Of a DNA stretch of 64,000 bases, positions 40,701 through 50,365 are shown piece after piece. This DNA is from Candidatus Bathyarchaeota archaeon. Lineage in GTDB: Archaea > Thermoproteota > Bathyarchaeia > Bathyarchaeales > Bathycorpusculaceae. The notes below the pieces were generated by a model that did not search any database, was not told where the DNA came from, and worked only from the letters and a program-made list of their open reading frames with translations. Location: positions 63,957 through 127,956 of the forward strand of contig CAWEPZ010000003.1 in assembly GCA_963811105.1 (NCBI GenBank), written 5' to 3'. Every line of letters starts with the position of its first letter. The stretch's first letter is position 1. The position numbers and the translations under genes are program-made.

Positions 40701-40779
40701 TAGAAAGTAGTTGTTCCGTCATCATTCTCCACTAATCTGGGGTTGGCGAGCACCTAAACCTGACTATGCTTATCTCATT
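40701..40779 (+). repeat. Repeat A copy 3 (core 40713-40757)
   Basis: TAGAAAGTAGTTGTTCCGTCATC...GCACCTAAACCTGACTATGCTTATC. Confidence 0.95.
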
Positions 40780-40919
40780 ATCTTTTATATGTTTTTTTTG
40801 GGGTTGTTTGGTTAAGGATCAGATGGAGAGGGCATTATAGCCAAGGCCAGCCTTGGTTACGATTGTTTTTTTGATCAAGGGCAAAGTTTGTAAATTAATT
40901 AACTTGCTATGAGATGTGA

Positions 40920-41429
40920 TTATGTTTGGGCTGCTATTTTTCTTGCTTCTTTGATTGTTTGTATGTAGACTTCTTCTTTTAGTCTAAAGCCTTTGCTTAT
41001 GAGTAAATTGAGGATTTCAATGCATTCATCCAAGTCTATTTCTTTTTTCTCTTGGGCTTTTAATAAAACAAAAATTGTTCCTCTGGGCGTTAAATCTAGC
41101 AATCTTGCAGCTGAGCGGGCTGAAACCTCATCTAAAAGTACTGTGGTTAAGTTTAGTTCTTTTGCAAGAGATAGTGCTGCAATTTCCCCTTCATGAAGCT
41201 TTATTGGAGCTTCTATTTTCTTTGCTGGCAGGACTTTAAGCCAGCCTTCGCTGATTGCTTTCTCAATAATGTATGCGTCTTGTTCGCCTATAAGTTTGCC
41301 TTTATCTACAACTTCGTTTTTGACTTCTTGGGGGATGAAAACTGTTTTGAATACTTTTCTTAGCAGGTCAATTTTGCCAGCTTTTGCTAAGTAGATTAGG
41401 GGGGTTGAGTTGGAGACTACGCCGCTCAT
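40920..41429 (-). CDS. PIN-domain toxin (DUF3368-like)
   Basis: VSNSTPLIYL, LHEGE.AAL.LA, LLDE..AR..A, GT. Confidence 0.88.
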   Translation of the reverse strand: MSGVVSNSTPLIYLAKAGKIDLLRKVFKTVFIPQEVKNEVVDKGKLIGEQDAYIIEKAISEGWLKVLPAKKIEAPIKLHEGEIAALSLAKELNLTTVLLDEVSARSAARLLDLTPRGTIFVLLKAQEKKEIDLDECIEILNLLISKGFRLKEEVYIQTIKEARKIAAQT

Positions 41430-41740
41430 TTAGGTGAAGTCCTTTGTAGGCCTTTGAGGTCTTCTTTGAATTCTTCTAGGGTGTATGGAACGTGGGTTCC
41501 TCTTTTTTTGGTTTCCAGGGTCATTTCCCAAAGCGATAAATTGCATGTTTTTGCGGCTTGCCAGAGTGTGATTTTGCCTTGCTCATAATCATCTAAGTTT
41601 TTTTCGATTAACCATTCTTTCACGGCTTTCATTAGAAACCTTCTGATAACTGTGGACCTGTCCATGCCTTCTTCTTTGGAAACTTCGTCTATGACTTTGG
41701 CTAAGTCTTCTTCAATTCTGGTTGTAAACGTTACAGGCAA
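41426..41740 (-). CDS. RHH/UPF0175-like antitoxin
   Basis: DRSTVIRR RHH, Y.QGKITL.QAA; 4-bp overlap with the toxin. Confidence 0.85.
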   Translation of the reverse strand: MPVTFTTRIEEDLAKVIDEVSKEEGMDRSTVIRRFLMKAVKEWLIEKNLDDYEQGKITLWQAAKTCNLSLWEMTLETKKRGTHVPYTLEEFKEDLKGLQRTSPK

Positions 41741-41845
41741 TTAACTTTACCTCATGTATTAAAAATATTCATTTTAATATTAAAGCTTTCTGCAACTACG
41801 CGACTCCTGATTTATCTTTCAAAATTTGTTTAATAATTTAAAGAA

Positions 41846-42090
41846 GTTTGTGCCGTCATCGTTCTCCAATATCTGGGGTTGGCGAGCACCTAAACCTGAC
41901 TACGCTTATCTCATTTAAGGGCAAATAGAACATCCCTGCATTCTTGCCTTCAGCAGACGGAACGTGACATTTGCAGACGCAACCAGAGAGATCTGTGGAG
42001 CCTGTTCAACAAAACCAACCAAAACCAGACTCGACGCTGCACACACAAAAAAACACCGTTCATCATCTATCAGACAACAAACCCTCCAAA
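41846..42090 (+). repeat. Repeat A copy 4 (core 41850-41893) joined to repeat B
   Basis: Near-identical to 53895-54030 across the A-B junction. Confidence 0.93.
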
Positions 42091-42372
42091 ATATAAACTT
42101 AAATGCTAAGCCTCGCCAAATCCTTAATTAAAATAAACCTATGCGAATATCAAGAAAGCGTAAGCCGTCAAATAAGCGCATAGTCCTTAAACTAAAGAGA
42201 AATAACAAAATCAGGCAGTATCTGCATTGGATGTTTTGACAGGTTACGGGAATGGTGCTTCTTGGGCGCCTCATGACACTCTATTAAATGAATAGATCTA
42301 TTAACAAATCTAAATCAGGACAATGCCCAGAAAAAAGTTAAGATCTTATTGGAGATAAAATAATTGAGTGAA

Positions 42373-42723
42373 TTATTCTTCTTTATAGTCACTGTTGAGT
42401 AATTTTTTAATTAGCGGTTTCAAAACTGGTAAATCTAAAAACACTGCGTCCCATAATATTTCTAGCTTAATGTAAGAGTATCCATGAATTATTTTGTCTC
42501 TTATTGCCGCCATTTGCTTCCATGGAATTTGAGGATACTTGCTTTTAGTTTCTGCAGGAATATTTTTAGAGGCTTCACCTATAATTGCAAAATCCATCGT
42601 TACAGCTCGAATTGCCATCTTATTTTTAGTAAATTCTTCAAAAGTGAGGTTTTTGGTGAATTCTTCAATTTCTTCAATCGACTCAAGGATATCAACAAAG
42701 TAAACCCTAAGTTGCTTAGTCAT
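42373..42723 (-). CDS. HEPN (DUF86/HepT-like) RNase toxin
   Basis: IIGEA, IPW, RDKIIHGY (RX4HXY). Confidence 0.92.
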   Translation of the reverse strand: MTKQLRVYFVDILESIEEIEEFTKNLTFEEFTKNKMAIRAVTMDFAIIGEASKNIPAETKSKYPQIPWKQMAAIRDKIIHGYSYIKLEILWDAVFLDLPVLKPLIKKLLNSDYKEE

Positions 42724-43019
42724 ACATAAACAACTTCGCTCAACACACGGTCTTTGAGGGTTGGTTTCAAACCACCTTTAGCCACTAAATCTACTTTCAC
42801 ACCTAACTGTTCGCTCAAAAAAATCTCCATCTCCACATACTTCAAGAGACCTATATGGGCATCATTTGCGAACTCTACTAGAACGTCTACATCGCTCTTC
42901 TTGTTTTGCTCTCCGCGAACATAAGAACCGAAGATTCCTATGGTTTCCACTTGAAATTTCTCTTCAAGGATCGGCTTTAGCTCTTCCAGTCTCTTTTTAA
43001 TATACTTGATACTCTTCAC
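42720..43019 (-). CDS. Minimal nucleotidyltransferase (MntA-like) antitoxin
   Basis: FGSYVRGEQ...SDVD (GSX10DXD), KVDLV. Confidence 0.92.
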   Translation of the reverse strand: MKSIKYIKKRLEELKPILEEKFQVETIGIFGSYVRGEQNKKSDVDVLVEFANDAHIGLLKYVEMEIFLSEQLGVKVDLVAKGGLKPTLKDRVLSEVVYV

Positions 43020-43341
43020 ATTTTATCCTTTTATAATATGGCTTTACCCTTTTTAAATTCATGTTGGTCCCAATCCGGGTTAGCAAAAAAACTAACTAAA
43101 GCAGAGAACGCTGGATTAATAGAATAACGTTAGAGAAAAGGGAAGATGACATCGTTTAGCTTAAAGAAACTGTAACCCCAAAACAATCTACTTTTTTCAA
43201 TAGACATTTACTCAAAAGTTGACTGTGCAGCATGTGTCATGCAATAGAAAATAATAATTGAATCGCAACAAGCCATTTTTCAAACTCGCCAATAACCTGC
43301 TTGATAATTGAAAAAAAAATTGAGGGAAGTTTCTTTGTGGT

Positions 43342-43851
43342 TTATTTGTTTATGGCGATGTTGCCGGATGTGATCGGTGTTGGGTCCATGGAGCAGTGTA
43401 ATTGACCGTTTGGCTCATAGAGTGTGATGCTGATTGTGTCTTTGGCTTTTGTGTTTGAGTCAAACGCGGTGATTGTGAATGTCCAGCTTTCTTGCCATGG
43501 GTTATTGTCCATTTTTACGGTGGCAGATCCAGTGAAGGTGGCTTGTAAACCTTTTTTGACTGATTCAACACTAAAACTCGTTATTTCGTCGCTTTTAATG
43601 GTCATAAGGATTTGTTTTTCTTGCACGCAAACCAGGTTGAAGAAGCCTTCTGCGCCATTTTTCTGCTCGAAGACGCTGAAATCAAAGTAATGCTTGTGGG
43701 TTACTCCTGATTCGTCATGGAGAAATACTCCTGCTCCAACAGCAAAAGATTTTTCGCAACTCTTGTTTGTTGGTTTGGCGTTTACTATGGATAGCGTTGC
43801 AGTGAGGCTTAATATTATTACAATTGAGATGACTATGGCTTTGCTTTTCAT
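43342..43851 (-). CDS. Hypothetical secreted beta-rich protein
   Basis: Signal peptide; GAGGT SD; ends ITSGNIAI. Confidence 0.7.
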   Translation of the reverse strand: MKSKAIVISIVIILSLTATLSIVNAKPTNKSCEKSFAVGAGVFLHDESGVTHKHYFDFSVFEQKNGAEGFFNLVCVQEKQILMTIKSDEITSFSVESVKKGLQATFTGSATVKMDNNPWQESWTFTITAFDSNTKAKDTISITLYEPNGQLHCSMDPTPITSGNIAINK

Positions 43852-43914
43852 TAAATTACCTCGGTTTTCTTATGGATATTGATATAATATTGGTTTGTTG
43901 GCGGCAAGACACAG

Positions 43915-44290
43915 CTACAACCGCCTTTGAGCACACAAAACCTGACGTATGCAGAGGCAACCAAAAGCCCTCCAAAGCCTAACAACAAACGCAACCCAAA
44001 CCTTCAATGCACGCACAAAAACCCTGCTACTTCTATCAGACAAAAAAATAAAGAATTAGAAAGTAGTTGCGCCGTTATCGTTCTCCAATTATGTGGGGTT
44101 GGCGAGCACCTAAACCTGACTACGCTTATCTTATTTAACAGCAACTATAATCCTTGTCTTCTTGCCTTCAGCGGACGAATAATGACATATGCAGATGCAT
44201 CCAAAAATATCTCCAAAGCCCTTTCAACAAAACCAACCCAAAACAAACCCGAGACTAAAATGCGAATCCCCACTTTCTTATTCTAACAAA
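43915..44290 (+). repeat. B-A-B composite repeat (A copy 5 core 44069-44113)
   Basis: Period about 241 bp; parallels 53720-54135. Confidence 0.9.
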
Positions 44291-44392
44291 TGAAAACGCA
44301 GTCATCAACAAGAAATAACACAGATATTGTAATAGTCCAATGAATGAAAAGCTGAGTATTTTGCCAGTATTTTGTCGACTACCACGATTATT

Positions 44393-44818
44393 TTATACGC
44401 TAGGTAGTTTGGCTATGCCATCTATGTTGTTGAAGTGTTCATCAAAGGTGTATATTTCTGTTATTTCATTTTGGCGCATTATGTCTACTGCTAATGCATC
44501 GTTGGGTTCGAGTTGAAGGTCCTGACCCAATTCGGCAGCGGCAAAATAAGCATCCTTTGTTACGTCCACTATTTTCAAGTTGTTTAGCATGAAGAGTCCG
44601 AGAATTATTTGTGTTAATTGATCTTGGGGCATACCGTTTTTTAGGATGTTAACTATTTCAGAGATGTGCACAACTGTTGTTGTTACCATCTCTTTGCCTT
44701 GTGATATGTTGCTGACTATTTTTTTTGCTTGGTCTTTCATGGCTTCTTCTTTTTGTGTTAGCTGTTTTTTTGGTCTGTAATAGGCGTAGATGAAAATGTT
44801 TGCATCCAAGAATCTCAT
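44393..44818 (-). CDS. VapC-like PIN toxin
   Basis: FLDANIFIY, PNDALA, IYTFDEHF. Confidence 0.9.
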   Translation of the reverse strand: MRFLDANIFIYAYYRPKKQLTQKEEAMKDQAKKIVSNISQGKEMVTTTVVHISEIVNILKNGMPQDQLTQIILGLFMLNNLKIVDVTKDAYFAAAELGQDLQLEPNDALAVDIMRQNEITEIYTFDEHFNNIDGIAKLPSV

Positions 44819-45069
44819 ATTTGTTCCTCAGAGATTTTCTTTTCAAATTCACTCCAACTGCCAATTGATTTAACGCCTAAGTCGACTTTGTCAAAGTATT
44901 TGGTTAAATCCACGTGGCGCTTGGGAACTAACTTCAAGTAGCCTTTCCTTTTTATAACATAGAGTTCTCTACTTTCTCCTATTTCGGCTTCTCGCCAATC
45001 TACTGGCAGAATGAGGCGACCCTGAGAATCCACTTTTTTCACTTCTACACCACTTTCCAAAACTTTCAC
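44815..45069 (-). CDS. AbrB/MraZ-like antitoxin
   Basis: KVDSQGRLILP; 4-bp overlap with the toxin. Confidence 0.85.
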   Translation of the reverse strand: MKVLESGVEVKKVDSQGRLILPVDWREAEIGESRELYVIKRKGYLKLVPKRHVDLTKYFDKVDLGVKSIGSWSEFEKKISEEQI

Positions 45070-45311
45070 CAGAAAATATTATTGCACACCACCCTAAAAA
45101 GTTTATGAAACAAATCACCTTAACCAAAAAAGCGAAAATCCAGACATAGGGTAAAGTACAAGATCCAAAAAATGAACATTCAAGACAGTCCTTCCAAAAA
45201 ACCTATCCGGAAATAACTGAACACTCTTTATCCCTGTCTACTCTAAGTCAATTAGATGTATTCTATAAAAAGAATAAAGAACGAATACCGAACTCAGATA
45301 GCACACACCAA

Positions 45312-45591
45312 CTACAGTGGATCAAGCCTAACCTCAGTTACATGATTATCAAGATTGAATTTACCATCTTTGAATAATGCAATTGCCAGCTTGGGGATTA
45401 CTATTCTTCCGTCTTTGCTTATTCTGGATAGAAAACTCTGGGGAAGCTGCCATGCTCCAAGGATTTTTACGGTTACTTGTAAGATTTGTGTTGGTTCTAG
45501 TCTTGTAGTGCCATCTGACGTATTTTGGAACTTGCACTCGATTGCCTTGCTGCAACCTTGTTTTAAAGGAGACGCGTTCAGTTAACGGCAA
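45312..45591 (-). pseudogene. Double AbrB-like domain protein; one frameshift
   Basis: MPLTERVSFKTRLQQGNRVQVPK.../...SKDGRIVIPK; shift near 45503. Confidence 0.65.
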
Positions 45592-45746
45592 CTACAAAAC
45601 TTCTCCGTCGTCAACCTTCGGCAGCCTAAACCAGACGTTTGCAGACGCAACCAAAAAGCGCGCTTAAGCCTATTCAACAAAACCAAGCTAAACCAAACTC
45701 CATTGCAAATGCAAAAACACATGTTCTACTTCCAATAGACAACAAA
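45587..45746 (+). repeat. Repeat B in its apparent native position, between the primase stop and the AbrB-like start
   Basis: GACGTTTGCAGACGCAACCAAAAAG...TTCAACAAAACC...AGACAA shared with other B copies. Confidence 0.85.
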
Positions 45747-48302
45747 TCACACATCATCCTCTAACCCGTAATGAATTTCATAACTTGTAGAGTCGTAGGC
45801 TAAGAGAATCTTGTCTAGATGCGCCTTGCACCAGACGGACTTATTGCCTTCAGGGCTAATTAGGTAGTGCTCGCTCCCAAAGCCACAGTCGCATCCAGCT
45901 GAATTAGCGCCCTCACATGGTTCACCCTGACTTGGCAAAACCCTAAGCACCAACTTACCCAAACACCCAGCGCTATTTTTTTGCTCCAACAAAGCAGTGG
46001 CAGCTTTGGCACTTATTTTACGCTCAACAAAATCGTCATCGGCTTTTGATTTAATTTTATTCGGCTCCAAACTACCTGCCACATCTGCCACTTCAGCCAC
46101 AGCATCGATCTTAGTCTGGACCTCCTGACTTTGTTCTTTACTCTTAAGACCAATACCCATAAAACCCCTCTCAGTTCTCGTCTTATACTCCTTAACTTTA
46201 GGCATATCCCTTAAACGCTGAAAAAACCTGCGTTCCGTATCAGGCACCCGACCCAACTCTTGATCCACATAATTCTTGTAATCCTCAAAACTTACTTTTC
46301 TACAAAAAAACTCTCCAGAACCCATAACACAATTATCCTCTACCCAAGCAGCAAAAGGATCAGAAAGACGCTTAAACTCCAACATCACCTCAGCAGTCGT
46401 CTTACTTATCGTAAAATCACCATTCTTAACAAGACGCCTAAGACCTTCAAGCATCCAATTAAAAATCCCCGAAACCTCAACTGGATCACTAAGCCATGTG
46501 CGCTCAACATTGTCTATTTGGCTTTTACCCTTAAACTCGTTAGGAAACTTTAAGATTAAAGTCCGGTCTTCAAAAGCAACGCTCGTATCATCGACTTTAG
46601 GAAACTCGTTGCCCAACACAAACGCTTTAGCAATATTACGAAACGTCAAACGCTTCTGTTTACCCTTAACCTCAGCATCCAAGGTATCCTCACCTGTTAT
46701 CTTCTTCAACAAAGGCGTCTGCAACGAACCAGTCGTATAGGGTTCGCTACTAACATTAACCAGCTTACCATAAAGCTGAGCTAACGCAAAACGATGTTCA
46801 CCGTCAAACTCTCCAAGCTCAAGATAACTACAGTTCTCCACACCAACTATAGCTTCCACCGTTGCGATAACTCTGCCTTTGCCGTTTCTGCCCCGCCCAT
46901 AAAACCACATCATCTTGTGCTTGGGCATAGCTGGCAAGATGCAATATCCCATATACTCCTGCAGCAACGCCTGATCATCCTTGGGTAATATTTGATCCAA
47001 AAAAGTCTGCCAAACAGGATACTTGTTAGCTGGATTGAAGTGGATGTTGAGCCTGTAAGTGAAAACAAAGTCCGGATCAAAAGGTTTTAACTCTGATGTA
47101 GTTAAAGAGAGTAATCCGTTGAGTACTGGAACAGATCCTTCATAGCGATTAAACAATGAACGCTCAACGTAGCTGCCACGCTTGAGATGCTCTAAAACCT
47201 CATCAACAAAGTGGCTACTAGCCGACGACCCCAACTCACGCTCAAGCAACCCCTCAACCAAGCACTCAGCAGGCTTGTAGATTCCATCGCAATAATAGTA
47301 GAGATCACGCAGGTCCATAGGCGTCTTAAACGTGTATTCACTACGCAGACGCTCTAAGACTTCTTCGAGTCTTTGATCTTTAACCTCTTTGGCACCATTT
47401 GTAGATTGAAGTTTCCGGATGCACCCGCCACATTTGTCTAAGGAAGCGCCAAAAACCTGGAATAACGGAGTGCTAACATGCCCTGTTTCAGGATTCATTT
47501 TAGCGGTGCAGGGATGTGGTTTGCCGCCTCTCTGATGAAAAACATGTGCACATGCAACTTGGGACTGGGTTATACTATAATCATAGTCTCTTCTGCCTTC
47601 TGAGCTGTAGACTGTTTTGAAGAAGTCCTGGATTTCATCATCCAAAAAACCTTTCGAAACCATAAACGCCGCCAAAGCCAACCTCTGAAAATGATCCAGC
47701 CGAATATGCTTCCTATCAACGACAGCGCTTATACAGTTGAAACGCAAAAAATCGTACCGCTCCAACTCTTCACAAAGAAACGTCTTAGTGTCCGCAATTA
47801 TGGCGTTATCAACCTTTATTGGGGCATCTAAAAACCGAGCATAAGGCTGCTTAGTACCTTCGCAATCCTCTGCAAAACCGCCGACAGCAACATAGCCGCC
47901 GTTCTCAAATTCCATATGCAAATGCCGCTTAAACGGGCTACTGTTTTCGTTCTCAGAAGTCAAATAGAGCATACGGTAACCCATATTGGGTGTTCTAAAC
48001 GTCAGAGTCTTGGCTCGATCACCAAAGTGTTTGCTCCAACGGTAAGCAAGAAACTCCCAATCCCAATCCAAACAAGCCAAACCCCCAAGCCCGCTGCGAG
48101 GACCAAAATTCCAAGCCTCAACCTCACTTCTCTGCGCTCTATCGACCAGAGCTTCTAAATCCTGCATCGACTGACTAACAATATCCTTCCAGGAACCCAC
48201 AAGACGCGACGGATTCTTCGACTTATCCCCTATCAACAGAACCCATTCAGGATGAACTTTTTTTAGCAAATAGAGCTCATTCAAATCAAAAGCAATCGTC
48301 AA
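45747..48302 (-). CDS. Primase-polymerase / SF3 helicase (P4/D5-like) replication protein
   Basis: Prim-Pol LDWD, RTP..GY, GYV; PriL-CTD-like Cys domain; GRGRNGKG Walker A, KKITGED, EVKGK. Confidence 0.9.
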   Translation of the reverse strand: MTIAFDLNELYLLKKVHPEWVLLIGDKSKNPSRLVGSWKDIVSQSMQDLEALVDRAQRSEVEAWNFGPRSGLGGLACLDWDWEFLAYRWSKHFGDRAKTLTFRTPNMGYRMLYLTSENENSSPFKRHLHMEFENGGYVAVGGFAEDCEGTKQPYARFLDAPIKVDNAIIADTKTFLCEELERYDFLRFNCISAVVDRKHIRLDHFQRLALAAFMVSKGFLDDEIQDFFKTVYSSEGRRDYDYSITQSQVACAHVFHQRGGKPHPCTAKMNPETGHVSTPLFQVFGASLDKCGGCIRKLQSTNGAKEVKDQRLEEVLERLRSEYTFKTPMDLRDLYYYCDGIYKPAECLVEGLLERELGSSASSHFVDEVLEHLKRGSYVERSLFNRYEGSVPVLNGLLSLTTSELKPFDPDFVFTYRLNIHFNPANKYPVWQTFLDQILPKDDQALLQEYMGYCILPAMPKHKMMWFYGRGRNGKGRVIATVEAIVGVENCSYLELGEFDGEHRFALAQLYGKLVNVSSEPYTTGSLQTPLLKKITGEDTLDAEVKGKQKRLTFRNIAKAFVLGNEFPKVDDTSVAFEDRTLILKFPNEFKGKSQIDNVERTWLSDPVEVSGIFNWMLEGLRRLVKNGDFTISKTTAEVMLEFKRLSDPFAAWVEDNCVMGSGEFFCRKVSFEDYKNYVDQELGRVPDTERRFFQRLRDMPKVKEYKTRTERGFMGIGLKSKEQSQEVQTKIDAVAEVADVAGSLEPNKIKSKADDDFVERKISAKAATALLEQKNSAGCLGKLVLRVLPSQGEPCEGANSAGCDCGFGSEHYLISPEGNKSVWCKAHLDKILLAYDSTSYEIHYGLEDDV

Positions 48303-48736
48303 GTCAACCCCTCCGATCTAACCAAAAAAGTAACTTCGCCAACACCTAACAAGCGAACCTGGCTACGACCAAACAAAAAAATCTCACCATGACCTCTCTC
48401 CACTATTACTTTCACAATCTCGCACTCGCTCAACTTCACAAACGCTTCTTTCTGCCAATTAGCCATAACATTCCAATCAACGCAAAAAACAGACTCTGGA
48501 TCCTTGAAACCATCAAACCTGACGCCCTGAGAGGCAATAGATTTTATCGGGACTTTTCCATCTGGAAAAACCTCTCTCCACACCTCTTTTGCTTCCCAGG
48601 TCAACCCAGCCCAGGCTCGACAGGCACTCAAAGCACTTTGCACCTTACTTTGGCTGTAGTTTTTTTCGGTAGATTTTGTCAGGTCCATATAGCCAATAGC
48701 TGTACTGGTAGTCGATGCCATGGTAGCGGTCTTCAA
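48299..48736 (-). CDS. Hypothetical element protein (true start probably downstream)
   Basis: 4-bp overlap with the primase start; FPDGKVPI segment. Confidence 0.5.
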   Translation of the reverse strand: MKTATMASTTSTAIGYMDLTKSTEKNYSQSKVQSALSACRAWAGLTWEAKEVWREVFPDGKVPIKSIASQGVRFDGFKDPESVFCVDWNVMANWQKEAFVKLSECEIVKVIVERGHGEIFLFGRSQVRLLGVGEVTFLVRSEGLT

Positions 48737-49004
48737 TTGTTGAGTTGCTATTGCGTAAGATCGTGAATGCTATTTGCCATTTATCGTCCAAGTTGGCTTT
48801 CTTGTAGGCTATTTCAAACTCTCCTAGCTTTGCGCCCTTCTGGGCTTCATATTTTAGAGTCGTAAAATTGGCTTCGTTCCCTTTAGCCAATTCATTTTTT
48901 AGTCCAAGAGTTGCCAACGACTGTCTGTAAACTTCAGACGCATCAATAAGCAGTTTACCTATATGGGAAAGTTTGAGCAAAAATTCTTCTTCAAACACAT
49001 TCAT
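48645..49004 (-). CDS. Hypothetical element protein
   Basis: 119-aa ORF co-oriented with the primase; YSYWLYG..KIYR tail. Confidence 0.65.
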   Translation of the reverse strand: MNVFEEEFLLKLSHIGKLLIDASEVYRQSLATLGLKNELAKGNEANFTTLKYEAQKGAKLGEFEIAYKKANLDDKWQIAFTILRNSNSTIEDRYHGIDYQYSYWLYGPDKIYRKKLQPK

Positions 49005-49256
49005 TGAACTCGCCCGCTATGATCGATTTTACCTTATTATATCGCCAATTTGCTTGGCTACATCGTGCTTGTCTATGGTTTTGCTCTATTTTGTATACAC
49101 ATTGTTTGAAAAGAAAAACGGCTTGACCTGTGTTAATTTTATTTATTTTTCTTTTTAGCTTCATGTTTTGTGGTATCACTGAGGTATATTGGTAAAACTT
49201 TAATATTAGGATACGGAATTGGTATCTGGATACGAATAAATTAAGCAGGTATAACT

Positions 49257-49961
49257 GTGAAAGGAAGAAGCAAATTCAACAATCCAAAAACAAGAAAAGC
49301 CGAAATCTATCAATTAATCGTACGCGAAGGAACCGAAGCCAGATGGAAAACCCTAAAAACACATCTAGAAGAACTCCGCCTCGGACCAACCACCCTCAAA
49401 CAAACCCTCGATGAAATGATAACGGAAGGAAGTATAACCAAAGAAGCCCGGCTAGGAACAGAAGGAGCAGAAGTCTGGTACAAAATCGCAACAAAACTCG
49501 ACGCAATCTGGGGTAACCCCGAAAAAAACATGCAACAAGCGGAAAGCATCCTAAAAGAAGCCTATACCTTAGATCAATACTATAAAAAAATTAAGGAAAA
49601 AGCATCAACACTAAACGATAAGGAAAAAACCGATTACCTCCAAACACAAATGGAAATAGTTTTCGAAAACGCAATGGAGAGTTATGCCAAGTATTTGGGT
49701 TCTTATGTAAGAGGCGCTCAATGGGCCAATCCAACAGAACTTGACTATGTATTTAATTACTACATTAACAGCGTTTTTTTGGAAGACAATGCACTTTATC
49801 AAAAAATTCTAGCAGAGTATCCAATAGGCAGCCTTAGAGCAATTCATAGTTTTCTACTTGAGGATCAGTCTAAGGTGGATAAAGCCATTTTAAAAGAGGA
49901 AAAAAACAGGAAAACAAAAATATCAAAAATGAGAAACGAGACTTCTCAAAAAAAGCTGTAA
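49257..49961 (+). CDS. Divergent wHTH putative regulator
   Basis: N-terminal wHTH (PTTLKQTLDEMITEGSITKE..WY); CAGGT SD. Confidence 0.65.
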   Translation: MKGRSKFNNPKTRKAEIYQLIVREGTEARWKTLKTHLEELRLGPTTLKQTLDEMITEGSITKEARLGTEGAEVWYKIATKLDAIWGNPEKNMQQAESILKEAYTLDQYYKKIKEKASTLNDKEKTDYLQTQMEIVFENAMESYAKYLGSYVRGAQWANPTELDYVFNYYINSVFLEDNALYQKILAEYPIGSLRAIHSFLLEDQSKVDKAILKEEKNRKTKISKMRNETSQKKL

Positions 49962-49973
49962 CTGCAAAGAAAT

Positions 49974-50018
49974 GTGCCGCCATCATTCTCCATCCAAATG
50001 GCGGTACCCGGCGCCTAA
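49974..50018 (+). repeat. Repeat A copy 6 (diverged)
   Basis: GTGCCGCCATCATTCTCCA...GGCGCCTAA; same 45-bp length. Confidence 0.8.
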
Positions 50019-50136
50019 CGAAGTTAAGAAATCATTTTCTTGGGAAGAAATTGCACGTCTTCAAAAACTTGCTTGACCACAAAATATTTAAGTAGTACTT
50101 TCAGATCAAGTTGTACCTAAAAACTGAGGTTGGATT

Positions 50137-50364
50137 ATGGAAGCTCTCGTTACCCGCAAGGGTCAAGTTACCATCCCTGTTGAATTAAGACGTCAATACA
50201 AGATAGTGGAGGGCATGAAATTGACGGTTGAAGATTCCCCTTCAGGCATAATTTTCAAAGTTATTCCAAAAATCGAAGACCTAGCAGGCGTAGATGCCCA
50301 AAAAATCACCATAGAAAAAGCATTTGAAATCATAGATAAAATGCGCGCCCAAGACCGAATCTAA
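50137..50364 (+). CDS. AbrB/MazE-like antitoxin
   Basis: VTRKGQVTIPVELR. Confidence 0.9.
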   Translation: MEALVTRKGQVTIPVELRRQYKIVEGMKLTVEDSPSGIIFKVIPKIEDLAGVDAQKITIEKAFEIIDKMRAQDRI

Positions 50365-50365
50365 T

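Noticed and set aside
40713-40765. Repeat A as an HDV-like ribozyme
   Set aside because: Putative P1/P2/P3 pairings exist in some copies, but L3 is too long, P1.1/P4 are absent and P3 breaks in copies 2, 3 and 6.
41846-41915. Repeat A (minus strand) as a fluoride riboswitch, box C/D RNA or H/ACA RNA
   Set aside because: GGUGCUCGCC and GAUGAC resemble crcB motifs, but the P1 5' strand is missing; there is no same-strand D box; the minus-strand stem has C-A mismatches.
43927-44286. 119-aa + strand ORF (and the 83-aa ORF at 53882-54133)
   Set aside because: They run through repeats A/B and their frames are not preserved between copies.
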